Assembly: GCA_963847185.1 (NCBI GenBank)
Contig: CAWJYV010000007.1
Coordinates: 480,001 to 544,000 of the forward strand
Source: an uncultured Methanosarcinaceae archaeon
GTDB lineage: Archaea; Halobacteriota; Methanosarcinia; Methanosarcinales; Methanosarcinaceae
DNA length: 64,000 nucleotides
Reading direction: 5' to 3'
The notes beneath the pieces were generated by a model. It had not been told where the DNA came from and searched no databases. It saw nothing but the letters and a program-made list of their open reading frames with translations. Both the position numbers and the translations under genes were made by a program. This document shows, piece after piece, positions 20,880-30,869 of this stretch; position 1 is the stretch's first letter, and each line of letters starts with the position of its first letter.

Positions 20880-22100
20880 TTAAGCTCCAAAAGCTGTTTG
20901 TGCGATTGTATCTTCAATGTCTTTCTTTAGCTCATCCGGAATTCCCCTGATTCCTACATCCAGGAAACCACGAACGATCATACCTACTGCCTCTTCTTCC
21001 GTAAGTCCTCTGGCCATCAGGTACTCTACCTGGTCTTTGGCAATTTTACCGACTGCTGCTTCGTGGGTAAGTTCTACATCGTCAATGTTTGCTTCAAGAA
21101 CCGGGATTGCGAGCTGGCTTCCTTTTCCCAGGACAAGCCCCTTGCACTCCAGATGACCTTTAGCCCCCTTTTCATTGGCTATCATTTCTCCCCTTGCAAC
21201 TATTCTGCCGCCGATAGTGATCGTTCTTGAGATCAGTTCAGCTTTGGTGCCAGGGGCATTGAAAACAGCTCTGCTTCCAAGGTCGAGTTCAGAGCCAGGA
21301 TGGGCAATTGCTATGGTATTGAGCCTTGTTACTGCCCCTTTACCTTCGAGCTTTACAGTCGGGTAAGTCTGTACTGAGCGTACGGGTTTAAGGCAAATGT
21401 AATTGCTTACGTAAGTCCCCCCTTCTTCCACATGAATCACTGTTCTGGGACGCACTCCTATCTGCTCGGCCCAGTTGTGGATCATGGTGAAGTTCAGGGT
21501 GGCTCCTTTTTTCACGTACATTTCGGAAATTCCCAGATGTAGTCCTTCTTCTACTCCTTTCTTGGAGGTACAGCCTGTGATAATGTCAAGGCTTGCTCCT
21601 TCTTCTACGATAATTATATTGTGCACAGTCTGGGATACATTTTTACTGCCCAGCATAAGACAGGTCTGGACTGGCATTGAAGATTTCTTACCTGCAGGCA
21701 CCCTGATAAAATAGCCGTCTGCATCTTCAAGATAGGTTTTTGCCGTATATTTGTCAGCGTCTACCTGTACGAGTTTCCAGGAGTAATCTTTGAGCCACTC
21801 ATATTTTTCCATAGCTTTGTGAGTGGACATAAGTTCCACGTTTTTATCTTTCAGGGAAGAGTGTGCGACTGCATTATCCACTACTATAAGACTGCCTGAT
21901 CTGCCTTCTTCGCTTGGGACTACACCAACCTGGAGAAGAGTTCTTTTGCTTTCCTCATCAAGGGTTTTGAGATCCTCAATGGGTTTACTAACTTTGGAAC
22001 CTTCTTCAAACTCTTTCAGTTCAAAGTCTTCTCCGAAAGCTGCTTTTTTATTGACTGCACTCTCAGCTCTTTTTTTCAGGTTCAGCTCATCAGTCTGCAT
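20880..22100 (-). CDS. sufB: SufB/D-family Fe-S scaffold (SmsB)
   Basis: GHLECKGL, ELTHEAAVGKI..DQVEYLMARGL; likely ATG at 22100 overlapping the sufC end (track start 22184). Confidence 0.9.
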   Translation of the reverse strand: MQTDELNLKKRAESAVNKKAAFGEDFELKEFEEGSKVSKPIEDLKTLDEESKRTLLQVGVVPSEEGRSGSLIVVDNAVAHSSLKDKNVELMSTHKAMEKYEWLKDYSWKLVQVDADKYTAKTYLEDADGYFIRVPAGKKSSMPVQTCLMLGSKNVSQTVHNIIIVEEGASLDIITGCTSKKGVEEGLHLGISEMYVKKGATLNFTMIHNWAEQIGVRPRTVIHVEEGGTYVSNYICLKPVRSVQTYPTVKLEGKGAVTRLNTIAIAHPGSELDLGSRAVFNAPGTKAELISRTITIGGRIVARGEMIANEKGAKGHLECKGLVLGKGSQLAIPVLEANIDDVELTHEAAVGKIAKDQVEYLMARGLTEEEAVGMIVRGFLDVGIRGIPDELKKDIEDTIAQTAFGA

Positions 22101-22831
22101 TTTATACACTCCTGGTATCCTCTCTCCTTTATTTCTTCCAGCATTTTCATGGGGTTTCCGGAACACATAACTGTCCCATTGCAAAGGATATATCCTCTAT
22201 CTGCCTGCATGTAATCCAGGATCTGACCTGTATGAGTAATAATAAGGGCTGATTTTCCTTTATTGCATCTTTCGCCCGGGCAGTCCGACCCTTCTTCTAT
22301 TAATTCTTTTATTGTTATTCCAACCTGTTCTATACTTACAAGGTCAACTCCGGATTCAGGTTCGTCCAGAAGATAGAGGCTCGGATTCTGCGCAGAAAGC
22401 TGCAGAAGCTCGGAGCGTTTGATTTCTCCTCCTGAAAAGCCAACATTAACATCTCTGTCCATAAAACGCTTCATATCGAGCTTTTCGGAAAGCTCTTCAG
22501 AATTTCTCTTTCCTTTCGACACTGCTTTTACAAGATCTTTTAATTTAATCCCGGACATGTCTGGAGGACGTTGCATCATAATTCCAAGTCCGCGACGGGC
22601 TCGCTCATCTACGGGCAGGCCTGTAATATCTTCTCCATTGAAAAGAATTCTTCCTTTTACAACCTTATACTCGCTAAAGCCCATAATTGTTCTCATCAAA
22701 GCTGATTTCCCGGCTCCATTTGGCCCGAAAAGCACATTAGTGTACCCTTTTTGGACTTCGAGGTTCACGTCATGAAGCAAAGTTTTCCCGTTGACCTCTA
22801 CAGTCAGATCTTCTATTTTCAGCATCGACAT
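22082..22831 (-). CDS. sufC: SufC-family ABC ATPase (SmsC)
   Basis: GPNGAGKS, VNVGFSGGEIKRSE, LLDEPESGVD, IITH, C-terminal CxxC. Confidence 0.92.
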   Translation of the reverse strand: MSMLKIEDLTVEVNGKTLLHDVNLEVQKGYTNVLFGPNGAGKSALMRTIMGFSEYKVVKGRILFNGEDITGLPVDERARRGLGIMMQRPPDMSGIKLKDLVKAVSKGKRNSEELSEKLDMKRFMDRDVNVGFSGGEIKRSELLQLSAQNPSLYLLDEPESGVDLVSIEQVGITIKELIEEGSDCPGERCNKGKSALIITHTGQILDYMQADRGYILCNGTVMCSGNPMKMLEEIKERGYQECIKCRLMS

Positions 22832-23139
22832 TTTCTCCCTTTATTTTTGATACGGTTCCCCTTTTTTCTTCCGTATCTCCAGAATTCACTCAAAGTACTA
22901 TTCACTTGAAGTATCAGAAAAACGGTAATAATCAGACAATTTCCGGCATCTTTGCCTAATCTCCGTTATTCTGCAAAAAGTTCTGTATCCTCTTTAGAGT
23001 GCATTCTATTTCTAATTATAGATTCTTTTAAAATTTGTTTTATCTGTTTAAAACCAGAGTTATTTAATTATTCCAGATTAGAGAGAAAAGTCAGTGCTAA
23101 AAATAAGCAATGTGCAGAAAAATTTTTAATTCTGCCAAT

Positions 23140-23802
23140 TTATTTAAGATCAAGGCATAAACCTGCTTCGATCTCGATGAATTCCAGGGGAAAAATCTCT
23201 TTTATTTTTTCTCTGTGAAAAGTGCAATGTCCTGCAGCTATGAGTTCCAGTCCTTTCAACCTTTCAAAATCCTCACTCTTGTGCAACCCTCCAAGTATTC
23301 CCCTTACTCTTCCATAGCGAAGGGCAGTATCTAAAATTGCGGCAAGACCTGGATGGGCACAGCCTGTAAGTACGTAAAGTCCACTTCCTGTGTCCAGAAT
23401 AAGGGCCTGTTCTTTTATTTTATCTCCGAGTTCCCCTGTACTTCGCACACCCTGGTAGATCTCTACAGGTTCTTTTACTTCAATAAGAGCGGCTCTTTTT
23501 TTAATTTCGTTTTTAAGATTCTCCGAAAAAGAAATCGGAACATAGACTATAATTTCAGGATTTGCCTTAAGTATCTCTGGAAGGCCGCCTATATGGTCCC
23601 AGTGCTGGTGAGAAAGAACAAGTTTCTTTATGTGCCCAGGATCAATCTCAAGTTTTTTCATGTTTTCCAGAAGAAGAAGGCCATCCCACCCAGTATCGAA
23701 AAGAAGGGTATCGTTGCCTGTCTCAACAAGAACGGAAAACCCCCAGCTTCCTATAAAATTCTGACTGGCTTTACTGTCATATACTACAGTAAGCCTTAAC
23801 AT
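23140..23802 (-). CDS. MBL-fold metallo-hydrolase (MJ0301-like)
   Basis: LFDTG, SHQHWDHIGG, TGCAHPG, GGLH, GHCT. Confidence 0.85.
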   Translation of the reverse strand: MLRLTVVYDSKASQNFIGSWGFSVLVETGNDTLLFDTGWDGLLLLENMKKLEIDPGHIKKLVLSHQHWDHIGGLPEILKANPEIIVYVPISFSENLKNEIKKRAALIEVKEPVEIYQGVRSTGELGDKIKEQALILDTGSGLYVLTGCAHPGLAAILDTALRYGRVRGILGGLHKSEDFERLKGLELIAAGHCTFHREKIKEIFPLEFIEIEAGLCLDLK

Positions 23803-23811
23803 CTACTTTTC

Positions 23812-24783
23812 TCAGATTTCTGTCATGGTTCTGTATTCCAGAACCGTAGAAACCGGGTGTGTTTCAATTTTTATTCCCGATTCTTCAAGGGCACAGATGC
23901 CGTTAATTCCCCCTACAAGTGAAACTCCGAACTTCCCTGTTTCAACAGGTGCCCCATATAACAATTCATCAATTTCCCCCAGGGGGAACCACCCTCCCAA
24001 TCCTACTTTTTCAGTTGTTTTAATTATTTCGAAAGTTTTTTCATAAGCTGAGGAGTTTATCTGGCGCATATTGGCAAGAATTCTACCTTCTCCTTTATCA
24101 AGTACCTCGAGAACAGAAGTAGTTTTTCTTTTCATGAAGATCTGTATTGGATCAATAGAAGTTCCGCTGTAAGATATCAAATCCAAAAAGTGTGAAGGTT
24201 TTTGGCTTTCTATCTGGAGGATTCCTCCGTAGGCAGGTTCAACAGGAATGCCTGCTTTCAAGAGAAGCCCATCAAAAGTAACACTGCATACCGTAGCTAT
24301 TCCAACTTTTCCCGGGGGCATATATATTGATTCGTCATCTTCTTCAAAAATTTTCACACGGGAGCTTATCATATACCCTGCATGTGCAGTATAGGAAATA
24401 ACATCAATAACAGTTTCCATATCGTCTTTATCAAAATAAGAGATATTTACTGCTACTACGCCGTCACCGGTTTCGGGGTTATAGGTTGTTCTAAAAGCCA
24501 TCTCTTCTATCCGGGAAATCACGAAACCAAAACGGTCCCCGATAAGGGCGTCATTCATCTCACTTTCTCCCAGCTCGGTAAGTGTACGCCCTGCATACCC
24601 GTGTTTATGTGTGAACCCTCTTTCATCCAGGATCCTCAGATGGTAGCGGACAGCCCTCTCTCCTATATCATAGCCCCGGTTATTCAATTCGTCAGCTATA
24701 GCTCGGGCACCTATGGGTTTGTCACTTTCGTGAATCACCCTCATAATCTCAATGAGTTTTCGCTCTATTTGCGGATCCATCAT
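23812..24783 (-). CDS. nrpR: Nitrogen regulatory repressor NrpR(I) (wHTH + NRD/DUF128)
   Basis: PIGARAIADEL..RGYDIGERAVRYHL, TVCSVTFDG, GTSIDP, GGING; likely start MMDPQ at 24783. Confidence 0.9.
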   Translation of the reverse strand: MMDPQIERKLIEIMRVIHESDKPIGARAIADELNNRGYDIGERAVRYHLRILDERGFTHKHGYAGRTLTELGESEMNDALIGDRFGFVISRIEEMAFRTTYNPETGDGVVAVNISYFDKDDMETVIDVISYTAHAGYMISSRVKIFEEDDESIYMPPGKVGIATVCSVTFDGLLLKAGIPVEPAYGGILQIESQKPSHFLDLISYSGTSIDPIQIFMKRKTTSVLEVLDKGEGRILANMRQINSSAYEKTFEIIKTTEKVGLGGWFPLGEIDELLYGAPVETGKFGVSLVGGINGICALEESGIKIETHPVSTVLEYRTMTEI

Positions 24784-25251
24784 GTTATAACACCATTCTC
24801 CCTTTATTATAAACATGAACTTACTGGTGATCGTAAAAAAACACAAAACATGAGTTTAATTTGTTCAAGTTGCGCAATTATTTTCAGATCAGTATGAATG
24901 AATTTTCCTGGAATTCGTTCCAGGTCAACATGAGTTTATATAAATAGTTTTTGAATTCTGCCTATTCTCCTTTGGATGCTCAAGAAAGATTCTCTTTCAT
25001 TTAAATATGCAGTTATAGTGAATCTTTTCTTATTAATATAATTTGTCTATTTAGTTTTGGAATCAATCTATGAGATATTTCAGAAAAACAAATTCTACTA
25101 CTTGCTAAAAAGGTTTACTGGATGAATATTCTATAAGCTTTTTTCTTCTTCAACAATCTGGCGGCCATCTAGTTACCGGATTAATTAATTGATTGATACT
25201 TTATATCGGTGTCAGGTCAATTGATACACTAAATAAGCTTCAATTGATCTG

Positions 25252-25797
25252 TCATACCAGTTTTATTATTCCAGGTCCAGGAGAATAAAGTTCTCCTGTC
25301 TCCAAAAGTTTATCAAGAATTACATGGAGTTTTTCCCGATTTATTCCTTTTTCCAGAGCTTTCTGCCGAAGGTCTTCAACTCTTATTTCTCCATCTGCGG
25401 CTTCTAGAATTTCCAGTAATATTGATTTCTGGTCCTTTTTAAGGGGCTCATTCTCAGAAACTCTGCTATCTGAAAGCTCAAATGTTTTTTCTGTCCCCTC
25501 TCCTTCAGGTTTCAATATTCTGCATTCTTCAGCAGAAGGCTTAATCGAGAAAGTTTCACTTCCCTTTCCTCCTGAGATTTCGGCTTGCAAGCGAGTTCTA
25601 AAGGCCACTGCATCTGTCAGTTCTTCTGAAGAATGGAGGACTCTCAGTTTTCGGACCTGCAGGAGAGCACCACAGTGCTGGCAGCTAAGGGTCTTTTTTC
25701 CGATTTCTGTAATCTGAACATGCTGTCTGCATTTCGGGCACACAATAACTGCGTAGCGAGACCTTTTTTGGTTATTTCCTAGCTCCGGTTCAATCAC
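25252..25797 (-). CDS. Zn-ribbon plus C-terminal wHTH hypothetical protein
   Basis: YAVIVCPKC...CQHCG; C-terminal L...GELYSP.PG. Confidence 0.7.
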   Translation of the reverse strand: MIEPELGNNQKRSRYAVIVCPKCRQHVQITEIGKKTLSCQHCGALLQVRKLRVLHSSEELTDAVAFRTRLQAEISGGKGSETFSIKPSAEECRILKPEGEGTEKTFELSDSRVSENEPLKKDQKSILLEILEAADGEIRVEDLRQKALEKGINREKLHVILDKLLETGELYSPGPGIIKLV

Positions 25798-26468
25798 TTT
25801 CCATACCTTCTCTGTCTCTTCTGAAAATCTCTTATTATTCTCAAAAGATCAAGTTTTCTGAAGTCTTTCCAGTTGACATCTGTGAAGTAGAGTTCAGAAT
25901 ATACTGACTGCCATACCAGAAAATCCGAGAGTTTCTGTCCTCCCGAACGAATCATAACATCTGGCTCATGCTTTACAAGAAGGTGTGATTCGAGCATCTT
26001 CTCATCCACCTCCTCCGGCTTTACACTTCCTACCTTTACTTCATTAAGAATGGTTAATACCGCTCTGGTAATTTCATCTCTTCCTCCAAACCCCAGGGAC
26101 ATATATACAAAAAAGTCTCTTTCCAGAGTGCTGCCGTTTAACTCTCCCTCCAGGCCGTAAATTGTATAACCTGTACCTGCAGGAAGGTGGGAAAAGCTTT
26201 CTTTCAACCGGTCTCTGAGTGTCGATGCAATTTCTGTTTTCAGCGAGGGGTCGGTCTTGAGAATATCTACGTATACGCTTACAACTTCCACCTTAAATCT
26301 TCTAAAAACTATGAGTGCGGATAGAAATTTTTCCATTCCTTCAAGGTCAAGAAGGTCGGTTTCCTTGAGTATGATCGCTATATGCCGTGGGATCTTTGAG
26401 GATGACCTTGTTATTTGCCAGGCAAGGTATCTTTCATAAAAAGGGTAAACAATAGAAAATAAATCCAT
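25794..26468 (-). CDS. cis-prenyltransferase (UppS family), non-catalytic NgBR/Nus1-like subunit
   Basis: PRHIAII without DGNRR; GGRDEI, PDVMIRSG, LSDFLVWQSVYSELYF, C-terminal RRYGK. Confidence 0.8.
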   Translation of the reverse strand: MDLFSIVYPFYERYLAWQITRSSSKIPRHIAIILKETDLLDLEGMEKFLSALIVFRRFKVEVVSVYVDILKTDPSLKTEIASTLRDRLKESFSHLPAGTGYTIYGLEGELNGSTLERDFFVYMSLGFGGRDEITRAVLTILNEVKVGSVKPEEVDEKMLESHLLVKHEPDVMIRSGGQKLSDFLVWQSVYSELYFTDVNWKDFRKLDLLRIIRDFQKRQRRYGK

Positions 26469-26581
26469 CTGGACAATATCCTCCCTGACAAGCTAAAACA
26501 ATTCAGTATTTTTTCTTTTCCGTTGTTTCAATAAAAATTTAATTAGATTGAGATTTTTTCCTGTCCATAACTTTTTTCAGT

Positions 26582-27766
26582 TTACTTTGCAGTAGATACG
26601 ATCTTAATTACATCTTCATTCTTCATCTCGTGCTTTTCTCCAAGTCTCAGCCTTGTACGCGCATCTACAGCGTACAGAAACCTGTCCCCGATCTCAGTAT
26701 GAATCTGGTAAGCAAGATCATGGCACGTAGAGCCTCTTTTCATGAGATAGGCGTCAGGAAGCATGTTTCCGGTTTTGTCGGACCATTTTCCTTCGTCTTC
26801 CACCGGATAAACAACAATAAGGTCAAGAAGCTCAAAAACAGTCCTGTTTATACATTCCTGAACACCGGTACCGCCCAGCCTTTCAATTACTTTCTGGATA
26901 GCTTCAAGCCCTTTTTTCTGCGCCTTTGTGAGTTCCTCGGTAAGAATATCGAAGTTTTTATCTCCTGGTGCGTATCTGATAATGCCACTTTTTGCTGCGG
27001 ATCTGAGTGCCAGTTCGGCTGCTGCACTTGTAGGTACCACTATTCTGTCAAGGTCCCGGAGTTTATTCAGATTTTCTCTTGGGGCAATATCTGCTTTATT
27101 TGCAGCAATGAGCAGGGGCTTGCTAATCTCCCTCATTTTGTCGCAGAGCCGAATCATGTCTTCTTCGCTCCATTTAATGTGGTCTATCCTCACAAGCCCT
27201 GTTTCTACCAGAGCTGCGTTTACATGTGACTCTCTTATTCCTGCGCCTGCAACCTGTTCTGCAATTACCACTTCGAGTTTAAGCCCTTCTGCCTGGATTT
27301 TTCTGGCAAGCTTAGTCCAGTTTCTTTCCAGAATACCGTACAGCCACATGGTAATTTCTTTGTTTAAGAATGCCACATCTTCAAGAGGATCATGATCCCC
27401 TATTTCTACAGGGTTGCCTTCTGCGTCTGTCCCGCCTGAGGCATCCACTACATGGACGATTGCTTGAGCCTGCCGGAGTTCATCCAAAAAAGTGTTTCCA
27501 AGCCCTCTTCCTTTATGCGCATCCGGGACAAGTCCTGCAACATCAATTATATCAATAGGAACTAACCTGACCCCATCCACACATTTTCCGCATTTCTTCT
27601 CCTTTTCTTTGCAGGGACATTCGGCCCTCACATAGGTAACTCCGTGATTTGCATTGATAGTTGTGAAAGGGTAATTTGCAATTTCAACTTCTGCAAGGGT
27701 AGCAGCTTTGAAAAAAGTTGATTTTCCCGCATTGGGTTTTCCTGCAAGTCCTATGGTCATCGACAT
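26582..27766 (-). CDS. ychF: Obg-family ATPase YchF (archaeal type, TGS domain)
   Basis: GKPNAGKST, ANYPFTTI, DVAGLV, GLGN.FL, NKAD, IHT. Confidence 0.9.
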   Translation of the reverse strand: MSMTIGLAGKPNAGKSTFFKAATLAEVEIANYPFTTINANHGVTYVRAECPCKEKEKKCGKCVDGVRLVPIDIIDVAGLVPDAHKGRGLGNTFLDELRQAQAIVHVVDASGGTDAEGNPVEIGDHDPLEDVAFLNKEITMWLYGILERNWTKLARKIQAEGLKLEVVIAEQVAGAGIRESHVNAALVETGLVRIDHIKWSEEDMIRLCDKMREISKPLLIAANKADIAPRENLNKLRDLDRIVVPTSAAAELALRSAAKSGIIRYAPGDKNFDILTEELTKAQKKGLEAIQKVIERLGGTGVQECINRTVFELLDLIVVYPVEDEGKWSDKTGNMLPDAYLMKRGSTCHDLAYQIHTEIGDRFLYAVDARTRLRLGEKHEMKNEDVIKIVSTAK

Positions 27767-27938
27767 GAATTATAAAAACGAACTTGTTGCATTTAATCTT
27801 TATTGATATTGATGCCAGGGAAAATGGATTTTTTCCTTTTGCTTCCATAAAGGCCGGATAAGCGAATTTTGGAGTGAACCACCTTTCGAGGAATAAGGTT
27901 TATATTCTTGAATGTGCTTATGAGTGGTGCTCGCTTGC

Positions 27939-28010
27939 GTCCCGATAGGGTAGTGGATATCCTTGAGGCCTGCGGAGCCTTAGACCTGAGTTCAAGTCTC
28001 AGTCGGGACG
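27939..28010 (+). tRNA. tRNA-Arg (GCG)
   Basis: Acceptor stem gtcccga/tcgggac, D-loop tagtgga, anticodon arm gaggc-ctGCGga-gcctt, T-arm ctgag-ttcaagt-ctcag; T-rich terminator follows; no encoded CCA. Confidence 0.95.
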
Positions 28011-28242
28011 TAAATTTTATTTTTGTTTTTCTTCTTACTTCATTTTTGTTTCTTTTAATTTCTCCTTTCTTCTGGTGGCTTCTGTATTTTTTTCTTTAGT
28101 TTTGCTCGTCCTTCATTCTGCTTGTCCTCTTTCTTTTCCTGAACCTCAAATTTATATTTTTGTTTCTATTCTTCTCTCCTATCAAAAAGGTAATGAATAT
28201 AAGCTGAACTTATATTATAAAGACCAAAAGATGGTGATAATT

Positions 28243-28656
28243 ATGAAGGGCAAAATTTTGATTTTACTTCTAATGATTGTGTTCTTACTCGCCTCAGGTT
28301 GCGCTGACAAGAACACAGGAACCGTACCTGAGGACTCCAATGCCTCTGCACCTGAAGCCAATGTGACAGCACAGAATGAAAATTTAAGTTCAGGATCAGG
28401 TGAAGACCATATTGTCCGCCTTGAGTATTATGAGGTCATCAGGCCATCAGAACTGGATATCAATACGGGAGATACGGTTTCCTGGTGGAGCGGCAAAAGG
28501 CAGGGGACTTACGTTCTTGTCAGTGAAGAAGGATTATTTCCGGATGAAGAACTGGCTTACAGCGTACCTTACAGTTACACCTTTAGCAAACCCGGAACCT
28601 ATCTTTTCACTGTAAAAGATGTTCCAAAGATGAATTGCACAATTAGGGTAAACTGA
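28243..28656 (+). CDS. Lipoprotein with a cupredoxin-like domain
   Basis: Lipobox LASGC; I..GDTVSW, YSYTF.KPGTY; ggtga RBS before ATG 28243 (track start 28075). Confidence 0.7.
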   Translation: MKGKILILLLMIVFLLASGCADKNTGTVPEDSNASAPEANVTAQNENLSSGSGEDHIVRLEYYEVIRPSELDINTGDTVSWWSGKRQGTYVLVSEEGLFPDEELAYSVPYSYTFSKPGTYLFTVKDVPKMNCTIRVN

Positions 28657-28789
28657 AATCTTTCTATCTGACTGGAAAACCGATTTTTCCTTTTTTCCGA
28701 AGAGCTGTCTCTTAAGTGAAGGAAGGAACAGAGCTTCTTTGAGGGAGCCTGTTCCAAATTAATTTTTGTAGTTTGGGAGAAAATCTCTT

Positions 28790-29578
28790 TTATACTCTCA
28801 TAATAGGTCTTGCTATACTTTTGTAGTGATCAAAAAGTTCTTTTCCCCATTTGAGTGCGCTCTCATCAAAACTTACCAGGTTATGATTGTAATAAATGCC
28901 GCTGTTACAAAAGAGCGAGAGCGCCATGAATTTTTCCGTAACTATGCTTGATGCTATCTTCATGTTGTTATTATTACAAACATACAGCTTGGTATATTTG
29001 AGATTCAGAAAATGTTCAAGTTCTCTTTTGTAATCGTTGAGCATTCTGTCATATACGTATTCTGTGAATACCAGCGTTATATCCGTACCCTTTGCTGCGA
29101 GCTCTATACAAAGAGAAGGATATATGGGCAGGAAAAATGAAGATGAGATCATCACCTTTTCCGATTCTGAAAGATGTTTTACAACTTCTTTAGGGTATTC
29201 AAACACATGATTTCGGTCAGGGTTTACTTCAATATAGTCTCCAAGTTTCCCGATATTATCCAGAAATTCCGGGGGAATTGATGTCATATCCTGATTTATC
29301 CAGTAATCATGGTTTTTATCAAATACGTTGAATGTTTCAAGGATCGTCCTCATTTTCGGGACCAGAATTTCTCCGATACTGGAAAGTTTGTAGAGCCTGT
29401 TGCTCTCAACAACCACGTCGTGCTTCATCAGGATCTTTATCTGGGTCATTATCGGGCTTGAGCGGACATCAAGTGTATCCTTGATCTCTTCGATACTTTT
29501 AGGCCCATCCAGAAGCAGCAGAAGGAGATTTTTCCTTTTTTCTGAAAGAAAGAGAACATCCAGTAATGATGACTCCAT
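28790..29578 (-). CDS. msrE: Msr-family (ArsR-like wHTH + DUF1724-type) regulator, probable MsrE
   Basis: FLSEKRKNLLLLL.DGPK, C-terminal SALKWGKELF; tandem pair downstream of mtaCB, as recalled for M. acetivorans msrDE (symbol from synteny). Confidence 0.75.
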   Translation of the reverse strand: MESSLLDVLFLSEKRKNLLLLLLDGPKSIEEIKDTLDVRSSPIMTQIKILMKHDVVVESNRLYKLSSIGEILVPKMRTILETFNVFDKNHDYWINQDMTSIPPEFLDNIGKLGDYIEVNPDRNHVFEYPKEVVKHLSESEKVMISSSFFLPIYPSLCIELAAKGTDITLVFTEYVYDRMLNDYKRELEHFLNLKYTKLYVCNNNNMKIASSIVTEKFMALSLFCNSGIYYNHNLVSFDESALKWGKELFDHYKSIARPIMRV

Positions 29579-29622
29579 CTGATTCCCTCTCTTAATGTCT
29601 CATCCTATTAGATCTTATATTG

Positions 29623-29660
29623 TATATATCTTTATGCCAGATATATATCTCTATACCAGA
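29623..29660. repeat. 19-bp tandem duplication containing a TATA-like box upstream of the msrE-like gene
   Basis: tatatatctttatgccaga / tatatatctctataccaga. Confidence 0.6.
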
Positions 29661-29941
29661 AGCCTCTTGGCCTCGCTTACCTTTATCCCTTGCCATTATT
29701 CTTTTTTTGTGGGAAAAAGGATCTTCTAAGTGTAAACTCGGGGACATAAAGAGAATACCATTTTCACGTAACAGATTACTACTATAAAATATATAATTAT
29801 ATTTTATTATTTTTTCCTAATGTCCCCTTAAGAAAATTTATACGGCAATTTTTCTTGAGTTTTTGTTATCATAGTCTGACTTCTTGGGATTGGAATTACA
29901 CTCAAAAATAGCTGTGGGGTTCATCTGTATCCTTCCTTTAT

Positions 29942-30727
29942 TCATATTTTGTTTACCTGTCTGGAAAGTTTCTTAAAGTAATCGAAAAGTTCTTGGCCCC
30001 ATCGCAGGGCACTGGGCTCAAAACTCATAATAAATTGCTGATCGAATTTCCCGTTTTTATCAAAAAGCCCAAGAAGCATTATCCTGTCAGTCACAGTGAC
30101 TTCACTAATCTTTATTCCTTCTTTGGAGACATAAAGGCTTACATTATCCCTGCCCATTAACTCCTTTATCATATTTGAGTGCTCGTTTGAAAGATGATCC
30201 CATACAGACTGTGTAAAATTCAGGGAAAGTTCAGCATCTTTCCTGCCAAGTTCAACATATAGAGGCAGATAGGCGGGGTTGAAATACGAAGCAAAGGTTA
30301 AAACTTTCTTTGCATTAGCCATATTTTCGATAATTTCCTGAGAGGGCTCATATATATGATTCAGATCGGGTTCAATAAGGATGCAATCTCCCAGTTCTGA
30401 TATCCTTTCCAGGAGATGCCTGGGAATCGAATTCAAGTTGTGACCTACCCAGTAACAGTTGTTCTTTTCCACTACTTCAAGAGCACTTATCAGAGGCTTA
30501 ATCTTCTTGACGATAAATTCTCCCAGGACTGTGAGTTTATACATCCTGTCTTCCTGAATTATAAGATCATTATCTATCAGTTTCTTAATCTGGGGAAGAA
30601 TTGACGTAGCAGTAACATCAAGTTCGCCTCTGATTTCATCAATATTCTTTGAGCCGCTATCCAGCAATATAAGAAGGTTTTTTCTTTTATCGGAGCGGAA
30701 AACAAGATCAATAAGTGAAGAATCCAT
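29942..30727 (-). CDS. msrD: Msr-family regulator, probable MsrD
   Basis: FRSDKRKNLLILL, SALRWGQELF; paralog of 28790-29578 and 52895-53689 (symbol from synteny). Confidence 0.75.
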   Translation of the reverse strand: MDSSLIDLVFRSDKRKNLLILLDSGSKNIDEIRGELDVTATSILPQIKKLIDNDLIIQEDRMYKLTVLGEFIVKKIKPLISALEVVEKNNCYWVGHNLNSIPRHLLERISELGDCILIEPDLNHIYEPSQEIIENMANAKKVLTFASYFNPAYLPLYVELGRKDAELSLNFTQSVWDHLSNEHSNMIKELMGRDNVSLYVSKEGIKISEVTVTDRIMLLGLFDKNGKFDQQFIMSFEPSALRWGQELFDYFKKLSRQVNKI

Positions 30728-30869
30728 TTACCTTTACTTCCTGCGGTCTAATCTCTTGAGTTGCCGTCGATCCTTCTTTCGGCAGGCTGGTTCCTTGGTA
30801 TTCATGTTTAATTTCAACATTTCTTCTGCTTTTTTCAATTAATTTTTCTATCTAACAAAGAATCATGCT

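Noticed and set aside
24907-24924. NrpR operator upstream of nrpR
   Set aside because: The palindrome is GGAA-N4-TTCC, not the canonical GGAA-N6-TTCC; it may just be a hairpin.
27908-28099. 63-aa ORF and the long N-terminal extension of 28075-28656
   Set aside because: They overlap tRNA-Arg and its T-rich terminator; the lipoprotein start at 28243 has an RBS and a signal peptide.
27939-28700. tRNA-Arg as an integration site
   Set aside because: No integrase and no duplicated tRNA 3' end were seen in the window.
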